Positions 41,376 through 52,516 of a stretch of DNA of 64,000 nucleotides are shown one piece after another. How positions within the stretch are numbered: position 1 is the stretch's first letter; each line of letters opens with the position of its first letter. The DNA is from a virus (lineage: Duplodnaviria > Caudoviricetes): positions 34,185 to 98,184 of IMG/VR virus record IMGVR_UViG_3300020050_009224; one strand, written 5' to 3'. The translations under genes were made by a program, and so were the position numbers. Below the pieces are notes generated by a model that did no database searches, was not told where the DNA came from, and saw only the letters and a list, made by a program, of their open reading frames with translations.

Positions 41376-42023
41376 ATGAAAACAGAACTTTTAGAAACAC
41401 AAAGTGAATTTAAAGCAGATTTAACTAAATTAGCTCAATTATTTTTTTCAAACAATAATCCCAGACTTGTTTTAGCACCTCATTATTTTTTTGATACTAA
41501 GGATGAAGTAGCAATAACTCAATTTGTTTGTAATATGTTTGAAGTAAATTATAATGACTTTATTAACATTAAAACAAAAACAAGAGGTAAAACTAGTCAT
41601 AATACTTTTAACAATAAACATGGGCAAATTATATCCGTTTTAAGTTACGTTTTTAGAAATCATTTGCAATTAGGGTTAGAGAAAATTGCTTTTAAACTTA
41701 AATTAAAAAGCCATTCTTCAACTTTATGGGCATTTAAAAATCTAGAAACTTGGATTTCTGTAGAACCTGAGTTTAGAAAAATAACTGAAGTGTGTTTAAA
41801 CACTATTAATCCAGACCTACTTCCTATTAAAAAATATGTAAAGCTTAAAAAAAGCCAAGTACCTATTATAGAATGTGTAGAAGATGGTAAAAAATTCTTT
41901 TCTAAAAAACAAGCTGCATTGGAGTATAAAATGACTGAAAGAACTATTGGGAAATCTTTAGATTCTGGCCAAGCTTATGGTAAAAATCCTAAGACTTTTA
42001 AATGGTTAACAAATGTATCTTGA
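41376..42023 (+). CDS. DNA-binding protein: DnaA domain IV-like HTH plus C-terminal NUMOD1-like domain
   Basis: LSYVFRNHLQLGLEKIAFKLKLKSHSSTLWA resembles DnaA RDHSTV; IECVEDGKKFFSKKQAA is NUMOD1-like. Confidence 0.55.
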   Translation: MKTELLETQSEFKADLTKLAQLFFSNNNPRLVLAPHYFFDTKDEVAITQFVCNMFEVNYNDFINIKTKTRGKTSHNTFNNKHGQIISVLSYVFRNHLQLGLEKIAFKLKLKSHSSTLWAFKNLETWISVEPEFRKITEVCLNTINPDLLPIKKYVKLKKSQVPIIECVEDGKKFFSKKQAALEYKMTERTIGKSLDSGQAYGKNPKTFKWLTNVS

Positions 42024-43005
42024 TTACTTATACGACTTTAGTTATGAGGAATTAGAAAACAAATTTGGACAGGCCTATTTACTAACTTATTTATATCCCG
42101 ATCTTAAATTAGGTAAAAATCATAGTCCTTTAAGGAAAGATGAAAACCCTAGTTTTTTAATAAGTGCTGATTCTAATAATAGAATTCATTGGACAGATAT
42201 GAGGACTAAAGAAAGTGGTAATTTATACTCTCTTATTATTGAAAAAGAAGCTAGTGTTACTGATTTTTCCACATCATTAGATTTTATAAACAGGAATATT
42301 AGAAGATTAAATATTACTCCAAGTAATAAAATAATTTTACCTAACACTGTACAAAAAAGAAAGTTTAAATTAGGAGTTTTAAGAAGAAATTGGACTACAA
42401 AAGATTTGGAATATTGGGCTCAATTTGGTATTTCTTTACAAACACTAAAGAAATATAGAGTTGACCCAATAGACCTTATTTACTTTAATCCAAATACTCT
42501 TGATGAACAAATTGTTGAAGCTGATGAATTTGCTTATGTTTTTAAAGAAGAAAAAGATGGTGTAGTAACTTTAAAAATTTATCAACCTTATTCTAAAACT
42601 TTAAAATTCTTATCTGATGTAACAGAAGCAGATGCAGTTTGGTTAGGCTGGGATCAAATGGATAAAACTGGAGAAACTTTAATATGGACTAAATCTTTAA
42701 AAGATGTAATGAGTATTAAAGAGACTACAGGTTACAATGCTGTTAGTTTACAGTCAGAATCTTGGCTACCAAAAAAACAAGTTGTAGAAGTATTGAAAAG
42801 TAGATTTAAAAAAATATTTATACTTTATGATAATGATTACAATTCAGAAATTAATTGGGGTAGAGAAGCTGGTAAAAAACTAGCAGAAATGTTTAATTTA
42901 CCTCAAATAGAAATACCTATAAGGTATCTAACTAAAGATTATAGTAGTTTATACCATAAATATAAAACTACTGCAAGAACAATATTAAAAACTATAATAA
43001 AATGA
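42013..43005 (+). CDS. DNA primase (DnaG/TOPRIM, crAss-type)
   Basis: SPLRKDENPSF N-domain, KIYQP, TKSLKDVM, TOPRIM YDND, KD.S. Confidence 0.85.
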   Translation: MYLDYLYDFSYEELENKFGQAYLLTYLYPDLKLGKNHSPLRKDENPSFLISADSNNRIHWTDMRTKESGNLYSLIIEKEASVTDFSTSLDFINRNIRRLNITPSNKIILPNTVQKRKFKLGVLRRNWTTKDLEYWAQFGISLQTLKKYRVDPIDLIYFNPNTLDEQIVEADEFAYVFKEEKDGVVTLKIYQPYSKTLKFLSDVTEADAVWLGWDQMDKTGETLIWTKSLKDVMSIKETTGYNAVSLQSESWLPKKQVVEVLKSRFKKIFILYDNDYNSEINWGREAGKKLAEMFNLPQIEIPIRYLTKDYSSLYHKYKTTARTILKTIIK

Positions 43006-44002
43006 AAATTAAAGAGGAAAAAAATCCATATAATACAAAAAGCTGGAGTAGAATGTCTGCTATAAATAAAAGAAAATCTATAGCTTGGGATGTTTTATTT
43101 CAAATGAAATTAAAAAATGTAAAAGCTGGGACAGGGTATTGCAGTATTGAGAGTATAAGTAACAGAAAAGACACTAAAAAATATATAGAAGGTATTATTT
43201 CTAGTGAACAAAGTTGTTATTCTTGTGCTATGGGTACTTTAATGACAGTTGAAATTCTTAATAGAAATTCTTTTAAAGGAGCATGGAAAGATGTACATAT
43301 AATTAAAAGATTTGACGGAATTTTTTCTGAATTTCAATTAAGATTAATTGAAGCTGCTTATGAAAGAGGTTCAATGCCTAGTGTAAGTGTGCTCAGAGAC
43401 AAAATTGGTAATGTATTACCTATTACTAAAAAAGCTATAAGATTTGGTGATAAGTATGTATATTCTGAACAACGTCTTAAAGGTATTATGAAAAACATCA
43501 TAAAAGATGAAAAAGGTTTATTCTTGGGAGTAGACATAAAAACAAAATAAAAATTATGGAACAACAAAATAAAGTATTTTTCTTTCACAGCCCTGCCATA
43601 GAGCATTTTTTGGTGGATGAAAAAATGGAAAGAGAAATAAAAGATGCATACAATGAGGAGTTTTTAAATAAACTAGAAGCCGCTAAAACATCTAGATTTT
43701 TTGTAGAGTGTGAGAGTTTAAAAAACGGCCATCTCTATTTAAATGTACCTAGAGTTTGTGTAAGAGCAGAAGTTACAGATAACGGAGCTGATTTTACAGT
43801 AGCTAGATGTAGTCCTGAAGATAGGTACGTAAGAGCTTCAGCAAGATCTCTGTGTGAAAAAAGACAAAAAGAAGGTAAGTTCTATTCTATATATAAAGAA
43901 AAAAATACTGAATTTACTACAGAATGGTTTATTACTGAAGCTGAAAAAATAGTTCTTGAAACTGTTAGAAGTGGGCATAAAATCATAAGTTTGAAAAAAT
44001 GA
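43002..44002 (+). CDS. Two hypothetical proteins (43002-43550, 43556-44002)
   Basis: Coupled ORFs. Confidence 0.65.
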
Positions 44003-44550
44003 GTAAGTTAGTAATAACTATTCCTCAATTTATAACTCATGTAAGAGTAAGGCCTCCTAATATAAGTGGTAAACCAAGTAAATCTAAAAAGTCAGACTAT
44101 TGGAAGTTAAATTACAATAGATTATATTCTAATTCTATACACTTTGCTGTTAGAAACTATATGGCTTCTCAATTGCATGACTTTTTAGATAAACATATAC
44201 CAAAAACTAGTACTATTAAAACTCCTGTTACAATAAAACTAGAGTTTCATGTCCCTATTAATTATGGTAGCTTAAGTATTAGAAAAAACGTTACTACTTT
44301 ACAATATGAGTTATGTTGGAAGCCTCCTAAACCTAATTATACACCAAATTGGGATGACGATAACGCTTTCTTTTATTTATGGTATAAAACTATTAAAGAC
44401 CATATTTCTGGTAGACATGCTAAAGGCCAAAATATAATAGGATTAATTCCTAATGACAGTGTACAATATTGCAGAGGAGGTAGTTGGGATATAGTCTATG
44501 TAGATCACATAGATGATAGAAAATTAATAATAACAATTGAGGAAATATAA
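43999..44550 (+). CDS. RusA-like Holliday junction resolvase
   Basis: WDDDN...KTIKD...IPNDS..Y resembles the RusA D.DN..K...D motif. Confidence 0.55.
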   Translation: MSKLVITIPQFITHVRVRPPNISGKPSKSKKSDYWKLNYNRLYSNSIHFAVRNYMASQLHDFLDKHIPKTSTIKTPVTIKLEFHVPINYGSLSIRKNVTTLQYELCWKPPKPNYTPNWDDDNAFFYLWYKTIKDHISGRHAKGQNIIGLIPNDSVQYCRGGSWDIVYVDHIDDRKLIITIEEI

Positions 44551-44553
44551 AAT

Positions 44554-45543
44554 ATGGCAATAATTAAAAAAGAAGAGTATAGAGATTATGATGCAATTAA
44601 TCAGAGTAAAGCTAAATTAATTGTAAATCCTCTATTATATAAAAATTATAGTCCGCCAGAAGATGATGGGGAAGAGAAAGATCACTTAAGATTTGGAAGT
44701 TTTCAAGATGAACTACTTCTAGCTTCAGATGATATTTGGGATAAATATATAGTATGTAATGTAGAAAAACCAACTGCTAGTTTATTAGATTTAGCAAATG
44801 CTTGTTATAAAAACGATATTATAGCTAAAGAAGATATAGCCCAAAAAGCTATTGATATGAATCTTTGGGGTAATATTAAAAAGCCTGAAGTTTTGGTAAA
44901 AAGATTTGATAATAAATTATTCTGGGATTATATGGAGTTTTTATCTAATTCAGAAGGTAAATCAGTTTTAACTGACCTAGAATATGATTTAGCTTTACAT
45001 AATTTTAATAATCTACATTATTCTTTAAAAGACAGAATGGCTAAAGTCTGTCTAACTGGTGAATATAAAGGCATGTTATTAAAAGGTGAGCTAGATTATC
45101 TTTATATTAATCATGATTTAAAAACATGGAGAGTTGAAGATTTAAAGTCTACAGCAGATGTAGCTAATTTTGACAGATCTATTCTTAAATGGAGGTATGA
45201 CTTTCAAATACCTTTTTACGAATATCTAGTAGAACAAAATAGAAATTTATTAGGAATTCCTGCTGATTATTGTAAAGTTCCAGGTAGATGGCATGTAGTA
45301 TCAAATGCTATTAAAATGGCTAATTATACTTATATAAATGTCTGGGATTCATGGAAATCTTTTTGGGAAAATGGTAGATATTATATGGGAGTTCAAGAAG
45401 CTTTAGATAGGTTACATTGGCACAACAAAGAAAATAAATGGGAATATCCTTTAGAACATTATAAAGATGGATTTTTGAGTCCTAAAACAAATGTTAGATA
45501 TGAACCAGAACCTATTAACACAAATTACAGATTAGAACTATGA
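44554..45543 (+). CDS. PD-(D/E)XK exonuclease (RecE/DUF3799-like)
   Basis: INQS..K, FGS..D, KGELD...EDLKST, Y..Q...Y. Confidence 0.8.
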   Translation: MAIIKKEEYRDYDAINQSKAKLIVNPLLYKNYSPPEDDGEEKDHLRFGSFQDELLLASDDIWDKYIVCNVEKPTASLLDLANACYKNDIIAKEDIAQKAIDMNLWGNIKKPEVLVKRFDNKLFWDYMEFLSNSEGKSVLTDLEYDLALHNFNNLHYSLKDRMAKVCLTGEYKGMLLKGELDYLYINHDLKTWRVEDLKSTADVANFDRSILKWRYDFQIPFYEYLVEQNRNLLGIPADYCKVPGRWHVVSNAIKMANYTYINVWDSWKSFWENGRYYMGVQEALDRLHWHNKENKWEYPLEHYKDGFLSPKTNVRYEPEPINTNYRLEL

Positions 45544-47218
45544 TAGATAAAAAATACAGATTCTTTTATCATTATAGAAGATCTGATGGAAAAATGTCTG
45601 TTCATTTTAAGAAAAGCTGTATTCCATGTAATGATGTTATTTGTAAAGTTCCATGTGAGACTAAAAGAAATAAAATTCAACCTTTTCTAGTATTACAAGG
45701 ATTTGCAAAAGATGTAATAATTAATAAAAATACAGTCACAATTATATGATAACATTATTAGATAACTATTGTAATATGTTTTTAACTCCTCTTTTAAAAC
45801 TGAATAGGGATTGGCTAAAAAAAGAAATAAAAGGACATAGAAGATTAGTGAATTCATATATTAAACATGAAGGATTAGGGGCTTATGAAGAAGATTGTTT
45901 ATCAGTTGTAATACATAATTATCAGACTACAGATTTTAAAGAAGAAGAAGATAAAATATTATTACATTCTGATGTTATAGGATATTATGATATAGCTGAT
46001 ACTAAATATGGAGTTATAGTTTTCAATATGACTAGATACCCAGACTACTATTTATTTTTAGAAGGAAGTTACTCTAAATTTTCTGATTGGGCTAAACAAT
46101 TAATTATAGAAAAGTATGTTTGTAGAGAACCTGAAATGGTTTCAGCTAAAGCTATATTAGATAAAAGTGATTCTTTGAAAAAACTAATAGCAGAAAGATT
46201 TGCAGTGGAGCCAGATACTTTAGATGAATTAGGCTCTATATGGAATCAAGCTACACAGTCTAATATCTTAACTAAAGAAATTATGTTAGAATTAGAAAAT
46301 AGTGGAAAAATTAAAATAAAACCACAATTATGAGCAAGAAATACAGAGTAGTAAAGAATCCTGATTATAAGAAAGTATCAGGTACTGGAAAAGATAGTAG
46401 TAGTAGTAAATACATGGTTCCTAGTATTAGTAAATTTGCTGTTTATTATAGCAGTACTTTAATATGCCATATACCTAATTATTTAGAAAATGCAGAAGGC
46501 TGGGCTACTAGATTAGCTAATTTACTTAATGAAGACTCAAAATATAGAATTAAAGGAATAGACGCATGATTAAGTATAATTATAAAGATATTATTGTAAC
46601 CACTTTAAGAAATGATTTAGTATTTGGAGTAGTTAAAAAAGTAAACCTAGAAAAAAATAATGTTCATTATTATAGAATTGGTAAACACTATAATAACAAT
46701 AGTGTAGAAAGTCTATGTAGTGGTTGGAATTATTCTTGGTGTATTGCTAGGACTACTTTAGAACATCTTAAAGAAAGAGGTATAGAAGATTCATATAACA
46801 ATTTAATAAAACTATTATGAGTGAATTTAAAAGAGGAGATTTAGTGATTAGGGCAATTTCAAGTAATATAGATATAGCTATAATTGAATCTAAAGGGAAA
46901 ACAAATTATAGACTTGTACCTATAGTTTTAAATCCAAAAGCAGGATCGCAAGATTATATGCTTAAGCTAGAAAAATTACAAGGTACAAAACCATTAAATA
47001 TAAATAATTGGAAGGTGCCTATGTATAGGGGTACACCTAGTACTTATAGGTATAAATATAAAGGTAATAAATATGCGATGGGAGATGTTGTACCTATACT
47101 TGAAACTATAAATCTGCCACATTCTAATCCTATAAAATTAAGAAAATATTCTAAAGAGTTTCTTACACAGGAAGAATTAGATTTTTATAACAAAGCAATA
47201 AATTTAATGAATAAATAA
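45540..47218 (+). CDS. Five hypothetical proteins (45540-45749, 45746-46333, 46330-46569, 46566-46820, 46817-47218)
   Basis: ATGA-type coupled ORFs. Confidence 0.65.
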
Positions 47219-47220
47219 GT

Positions 47221-50200
47221 ATGTCAATTATAAGTATTGAAAAAGAACAACAAAGTGTTAGATCTATAGAAAAAGCTATAGATGCTGGTGCTAATAGTTT
47301 AGTTTTTGATATATTACAAAAGACTCAGTATACAAAACCAATAGATAGTTGTGTAAGGGAATCCTGCACAAACTCTATAGATGCTTTAAAAGAAAAAGAA
47401 GTAGCAAAATTAATATTAACGGGAAAGGCAAAAGAAGAGGATTATTTTATCAAGAGGACAGGAGAACAATATAAGGATAGTAATTTTAATAAAGAATACT
47501 ATAATCTTGAGTGGTTTAATGAGAAAGATGAAGTTGTTATAACTTATACGTTTAACAATGGGGTAGGATTTTGTGATATGTTTGAAATTAAAGATACAGG
47601 AGTAGGTATGTCTCCTGAAAGACTGAGAAACTGTTTAAATTTAGGATAAAGAAAGAATTTTTCGTATATTGTAATTATAAGTGGAAATTTAAGGAAAATA
47701 ATGAAGTCCTAATAAAATTGGGTGAACTCAGGGAAAATCCAGAAGTGGACAATCCTGATCTAAGTATTAATCTAAATGGTTAATAAAAGAGCAACGACTA
47801 GATATTGAAACTTCTATAGAAGAATATAATATATCCAAGAGCGCCCAACAGTGTGATAAAGCACTGATGATATAGTCTGAACTATAGTATAACAAAATAA
47901 ACTATAGATTTATAGGATAAAGAGCCTATAAGTTAACAAAATTGTTTCGACAAAAAGAAATACTAATAAAGGTGCATTAGGTGGTTATGGGTTAATAGCT
48001 AGCCCCCTTATACAGTAATGTATATTGAATAATTGGAAGAATTGCTGGAAAGCTAAGTAAAAAATAAGTATGGCAGGGTAGGAAATAATAATATATAAGT
48101 AATCTGCTAGTTAGTTTTCAGAGTTACTAACGAAGGAAAAATCCTACAATATATATAACAATTACTATAAAAACATTTTCCCTTAAATGTGGAAGAGAGT
48201 AGAAAATGAGGGTATATAGACAGGTGCTAATCTGAAGCATAATCCAATCTCATAGGTGCAACTCCTATTACTTATTTTTATATGCCAATCAGCAGCCGAG
48301 CTTTAGGGAAGACTAAAGAAGGTTCAGAGACTAAGGGCACTAAGGTGAACCTATAGAATCCAACATCCTATGTCTAGGATGATGATATAGTCCATGCTAG
48401 TAGAAATATTAGAAGAACATGTAGGAAATAAAAGCCCATTAGCAACAGGAATTGACTATTATATAGTAGAAACTTGTTATAATGGAATGAAGATGATAGC
48501 ACATTGCTATAATCATAAAACAGATATGGTTATAGGTAAATTTAATGCTGCAAGTGAAGAAAATCCACTTTATACCTTTATAGATAAAGCAGGGAATGAA
48601 ATTAGCTGGTATTACGAAAAGACTACTGAAAAAAATGGAACTAAAGTAAGTATTCCAGCTAAAAGAATAAATAGAGATAAATTTGTACAGGCTGTAAAAA
48701 GCCAACTTTTGTACTTTAGTCAAATTAGATTTATAGTTGTCAATGAAGACGGTTATAAAGAAGATGTGGACTTTAAAGCAAAGGTTTTACATAATAGTAG
48801 AAATATAGTTATTTCTAACAATAGCTATTATTCAAAACCGCATATTCTTATAGTTAAAGATTTTGATAGTTCAGAAGCTATCAGTTATGGATATGTGGAT
48901 TTCAGAGAGATGGAGATGGAAGAATTATTTTCTAGTATAGGAATTAAAGCTACCATTAGATCTACTATGAGAGATGAAAAAACAGGAGAAGAAATTCTGT
49001 TACAAGAAGGTATTAGTGTTGTACCTTCTAGAGAGAGTATTATATGGGATGATCATACTAGAAATTACATCATTAATAAGTTTAAAGAAGTACAAGAAGA
49101 AGCTTCGGATATTGTAACTGAAAGTTTAAAAGAAGAAGATATATTACTTTGGATTGAAGCTGCTAATAATGCTTTAAATAATTCTGGTAGTAATCCTATC
49201 TTACATAGGCTTTCTAAAGTAATAGATAAAACTTCTATTAGTCCTATTTTTAATAATACAAAAATTAGGTTTAGCAGTAACCCCAGTAATTTCTTTGATG
49301 GGTTTGAAATAAGAAAAATTACTAAAACAAAAGACTGGAATACAGGTAAACTTAAATTAGAAAGAGAATCTGCAACTTTGTGGCCTCATTCTACAGATTG
49401 TATTTACTATAAAACAGGAGATACAGTTAGAGAAAAAGATTTTTACCTACTGGCTACTAGTGTTGGAACTAACGATTTTAATAAAGCTTTCTTTACTATT
49501 ACTCCTATAGAATTAGATAAATTCTTAGAGGGTATAAAAATACCAGATTTTAAAAAAACTTTAAGTCCAGAAGAAACTGAAGCACTGAAAAATAAATATG
49601 AGAAAGAAAAAGTAGATAAAAGAGAGCTTCTTGTTAAGTACTTACAAGAATCTAAAAGGTTTAAAGTATATGAAGATGTAGAAGTACCTGAAGATTGGAG
49701 AAAGAAATTTGAAGAGGATGAAAATTTTGAAGTAGAGGCAGTAAAAAAAGCAAAGCAAGCTTCTCCAGCAGAGTTAAGAAAATTAGAAGAAAAAACAGTT
49801 TGCTACACTTTAAAAGATTTTGAGTATGCTAGAAATGATAAACCTAGGTACGAATGGAAGAAAAGAGAGCCTAAAATTGGAGATTTAGTAACTACTCAAA
49901 ATATATATTATGGTTTAGGAGAAGAAGAATTAGAAATTAAAAAAGCATTTGCAATAGTAAATGTTAGTGCAGTAGAATCTAAACCCATTTTTTATAAAGT
50001 AGCAACAGGTAATAAAAAGCATTTTAAAGCTCAGAAATCAATTAATTCATTTTTTAAAAAGATTACATCAGATAATATAATAACTATGGCCCCAGAGCTT
50101 ATAAATTGGTATACCGCTAAATTAATTCATAAAAAACGGTATAAATTTTCATTTCTTTCTAATTATAGAATTTTTAATGAAGATATGTTTAATGCTTACT

Positions 50201-50673
50201 CTCTTTTAACTCAATTTGAAGATACTTATTACTCAGCTTGTCTTGGTAAAACTAATGAGTTTAAAAATATAGAAGTTGAAAAAGATTTAAGTGAAATGTG
50301 TGATAAAGTATTAGAACTTGAATTATATAGTAAAGATCATACAGAAGAAGAAGTTAAAATAAAATCTGCTGAAATATTTACAGTTGAATATAAAAGCGGA
50401 AAAGCAGTAATTAATGAATATTATGACCTTTTACTAAAAGTAGAAGAGTATTGTGAAAGTATTTATCCATTATTCAATGAAGTTACATTTTTAATTTCTC
50501 AAATAGCAAATATAACCCCAGAACAGGAACATTTAGTAAAAGAAATAATAGAAGCTAAGCATTTACAAGATTATAAAATAGATAGTGTTTTACTAAATCC
50601 TGTTGTAATTTCAGTAGAAGATGAGTCAGAGCCAGAACAACAACCAGTGGCAGAACACTTTATTGAAGAATAA
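47221..50673 (+). CDS. rIIA: rIIA-like GHKL (HSP90/MORC-type) ATPase, spliced join(47221..47647,47945..47992,48422..50673), 908 aa
   Basis: RESCTNSIDA, DTGVGMS; splicing restores LGFSTKRNTNKGALGGYGLGNKSPLA (GHKL G2 box); NGTKV; rIIB-like gene downstream. Confidence 0.85.
47648..47944 (+). ncRNA. Group I intron 1 in rIIA (297 nt, no ORF)
   Basis: P1 UUAGGAU| with GUCCUAA; P CTCAGGGAA, Q AATCCTGA, R CAACGACTA, S GATATAGTCT; ends in G 47944. Confidence 0.87.
47993..48421 (+). ncRNA. Group I intron 2 in rIIA (429 nt, no ORF)
   Basis: P1 GGGU|UA with UAGCCC; P GAATTGCTGGAA, Q AATCAGCAG, R TTCAGAGACTA, S GATATAGTCC; ends in G 48421. Confidence 0.87.
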
Positions 50674-51106
50674 AGCAATAGGCACTCTTCCTCCTATTTT
50701 AACAGCATTACAATCTTCTAATTTTCAACAAATAGTAGCTGTTAAATCTCCTCTTACTAAAACTACTAGTAGATCCTTGCTACAAGAAATAAGTTGTAGG
50801 AGAAATTACCACATAAAAGGTTTATTAGGAGTTATAAGTCGTATAAGAAATATATCTAGATATAGTGTAAATCAAAATAACAATAATTTTTGTATATACA
50901 CAAAAGAAGAACAAGAAACAATAAATAAAGCAGCTATTATTTTAGAGGATTTAAGAAAAGAGTTATCTAAAAATCTATATATAGCTTTAGAAGAAGCAGA
51001 TCCTGATAATAAATATGTAAAAACTCCTAAAGTAAAAAAAGTAGTTGCTAATCCTTCTTGTACAGGTAAAGCAGATTGTGATTGCGTAAATTGTATACCA
51101 TTCTAA
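50621..51106 (+). CDS. Hypothetical protein
   Basis: 161 aa ORF between rIIA and rIIB, Cys-rich C-terminus. Confidence 0.55.
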   Translation: MSQSQNNNQWQNTLLKNKAIGTLPPILTALQSSNFQQIVAVKSPLTKTTSRSLLQEISCRRNYHIKGLLGVISRIRNISRYSVNQNNNNFCIYTKEEQETINKAAIILEDLRKELSKNLYIALEEADPDNKYVKTPKVKKVVANPSCTGKADCDCVNCIPF

Positions 51107-51222
51107 AATATTGATAATAAAGTAGTTAACTTGGAGAAAGTCCTTCAGTCTAAGACCTCAGAAGTACATGGACGCATGAAAAATGATATTAGCAGTTCCT
51201 AACAAGTTAACTCTTTTTTTCG

Positions 51223-51230
51223 TATATTTG
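51223..51230 (+). promoter_or_regulatory. Bacteroidota-type -7 promoter element upstream of rIIB
   Basis: TATATTTG about 40 nt before the ATG. Confidence 0.55.
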
Positions 51231-51268
51231 TAGAGTCAAAATAAATAAATAAATAAACCCAAATTTTA

Positions 51269-52456
51269 ATGTTTACATACAGTAAAAATAATAATTTTAT
51301 CACTGGGACTATTCACGGTGAAGTTTTTGGAATAAACTATAATGAAGAAACTTTTAAGGCTATGGAAGCTTTAGAGGTTGAGTTAATGGAAGCTGAAACT
51401 CCAGAAGAGGCTAAAGCTATTACAGAAAAGTTTAAAAAACTTACTGAAGAAGATCCTAAAGCCCAAAAAACTTCTGAAATTCATCCTGATATTTTTGTAA
51501 GTAATGAAGGTAATTTTTACCTTAAAACAGGAGGTAAAGTAACTTCTATGCCTATGCCTAAAGCTTTGGTAGGAAGAATTAAAGATAGTTTAGATAAAGG
51601 ATTGGATGTAAGTCCTATTCTTAAATTCTGGATTAGATTCTTGAGAAATCATAAACTTAGAAATATCTGTACTGGAAAATCTTCTAGAGAGGTTTTTGCT
51701 GCTAAAGTATTTAACTACGTAGATATGGATTTTGTAAGTCATGAACAAGTTCAAAAATTAGTAGATGAAAAAGGATATACTCCAGAAGTAGCTGAACAAC
51801 TTTGTACTGTTAAACAAGTTAAGATTACTAAAGAAGGCCTTCTTGCTACATATAAAGTATCTAAAGAAATTACCAAAAGATATAGACTTAATGATAAAGG
51901 TGAAAAAGAAACCTATGATGTCTATGATTGTGAGGTAGTTGGTATTGATGAAATTACTGGTCTTATGAAATACGCAGATAAAAAAACTTTGGCTAATGAA
52001 AGCAGGGTATTTGAACCTGCTGTAATGGCTAAGAGTGGAGATGAATTCTATTGCGGAGATACCAAAGGTCATATTATCAGAGTAGGACAAACTCATAGAC
52101 TTGAAGATTGGAATTTTATTAACACTAATGATAATCAATCTTGTGTAAAAGGCCTTCACATTGGAGGTTTGGACTACATTAAAGGTTATCAAGGTGGAAA
52201 TACTGAAACTCACAATGTTCTTGTAGATCCTGCTCATATAGGTGCAGTACCTGATGATCACACAGGAGCTATTAGATGTATGCAGTACTTTGTATTAGAT
52301 GCATTTGGTGGAGTAAATGGTAGTTTGTACCATAGTTCTGCTTATGCTGCTAAAACTGATATTCAATGGGAAGAAGAAAAAGCTGAAATTCTTAAAGAAT
52401 ATGGAGAGTTTAAAGCAGAGCAAGAAAAAGAATTAGAGGAGATGAAATCTATCTAA
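51269..52456 (+). CDS. rIIB: rIIB-like protein
   Basis: ITKEG..ATYK, CVKGLHIG, VLVDPAHIGAVPDD...AIRC motifs; follows rIIA. Confidence 0.8.
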   Translation: MFTYSKNNNFITGTIHGEVFGINYNEETFKAMEALEVELMEAETPEEAKAITEKFKKLTEEDPKAQKTSEIHPDIFVSNEGNFYLKTGGKVTSMPMPKALVGRIKDSLDKGLDVSPILKFWIRFLRNHKLRNICTGKSSREVFAAKVFNYVDMDFVSHEQVQKLVDEKGYTPEVAEQLCTVKQVKITKEGLLATYKVSKEITKRYRLNDKGEKETYDVYDCEVVGIDEITGLMKYADKKTLANESRVFEPAVMAKSGDEFYCGDTKGHIIRVGQTHRLEDWNFINTNDNQSCVKGLHIGGLDYIKGYQGGNTETHNVLVDPAHIGAVPDDHTGAIRCMQYFVLDAFGGVNGSLYHSSAYAAKTDIQWEEEKAEILKEYGEFKAEQEKELEEMKSI

Positions 52457-52476
52457 TTTTTAAACATAGTATAGTT

Positions 52477-52505
52477 AAAGGGAGGCAATTCGGCTTCCCT
52501 TTTTT
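52477..52505 (+). terminator. Intrinsic terminator
   Basis: AAAGGGAGGC/GCTTCCCTTT stem plus T-run. Confidence 0.75.
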
Positions 52506-52516
52506 ATTTTAAAACT

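Noticed and set aside
47221-48421. Separate 142-aa and 759-aa genes
   Set aside because: They are exons of one rIIA-like gene; the MLVEILEEH start lies inside intron 2.
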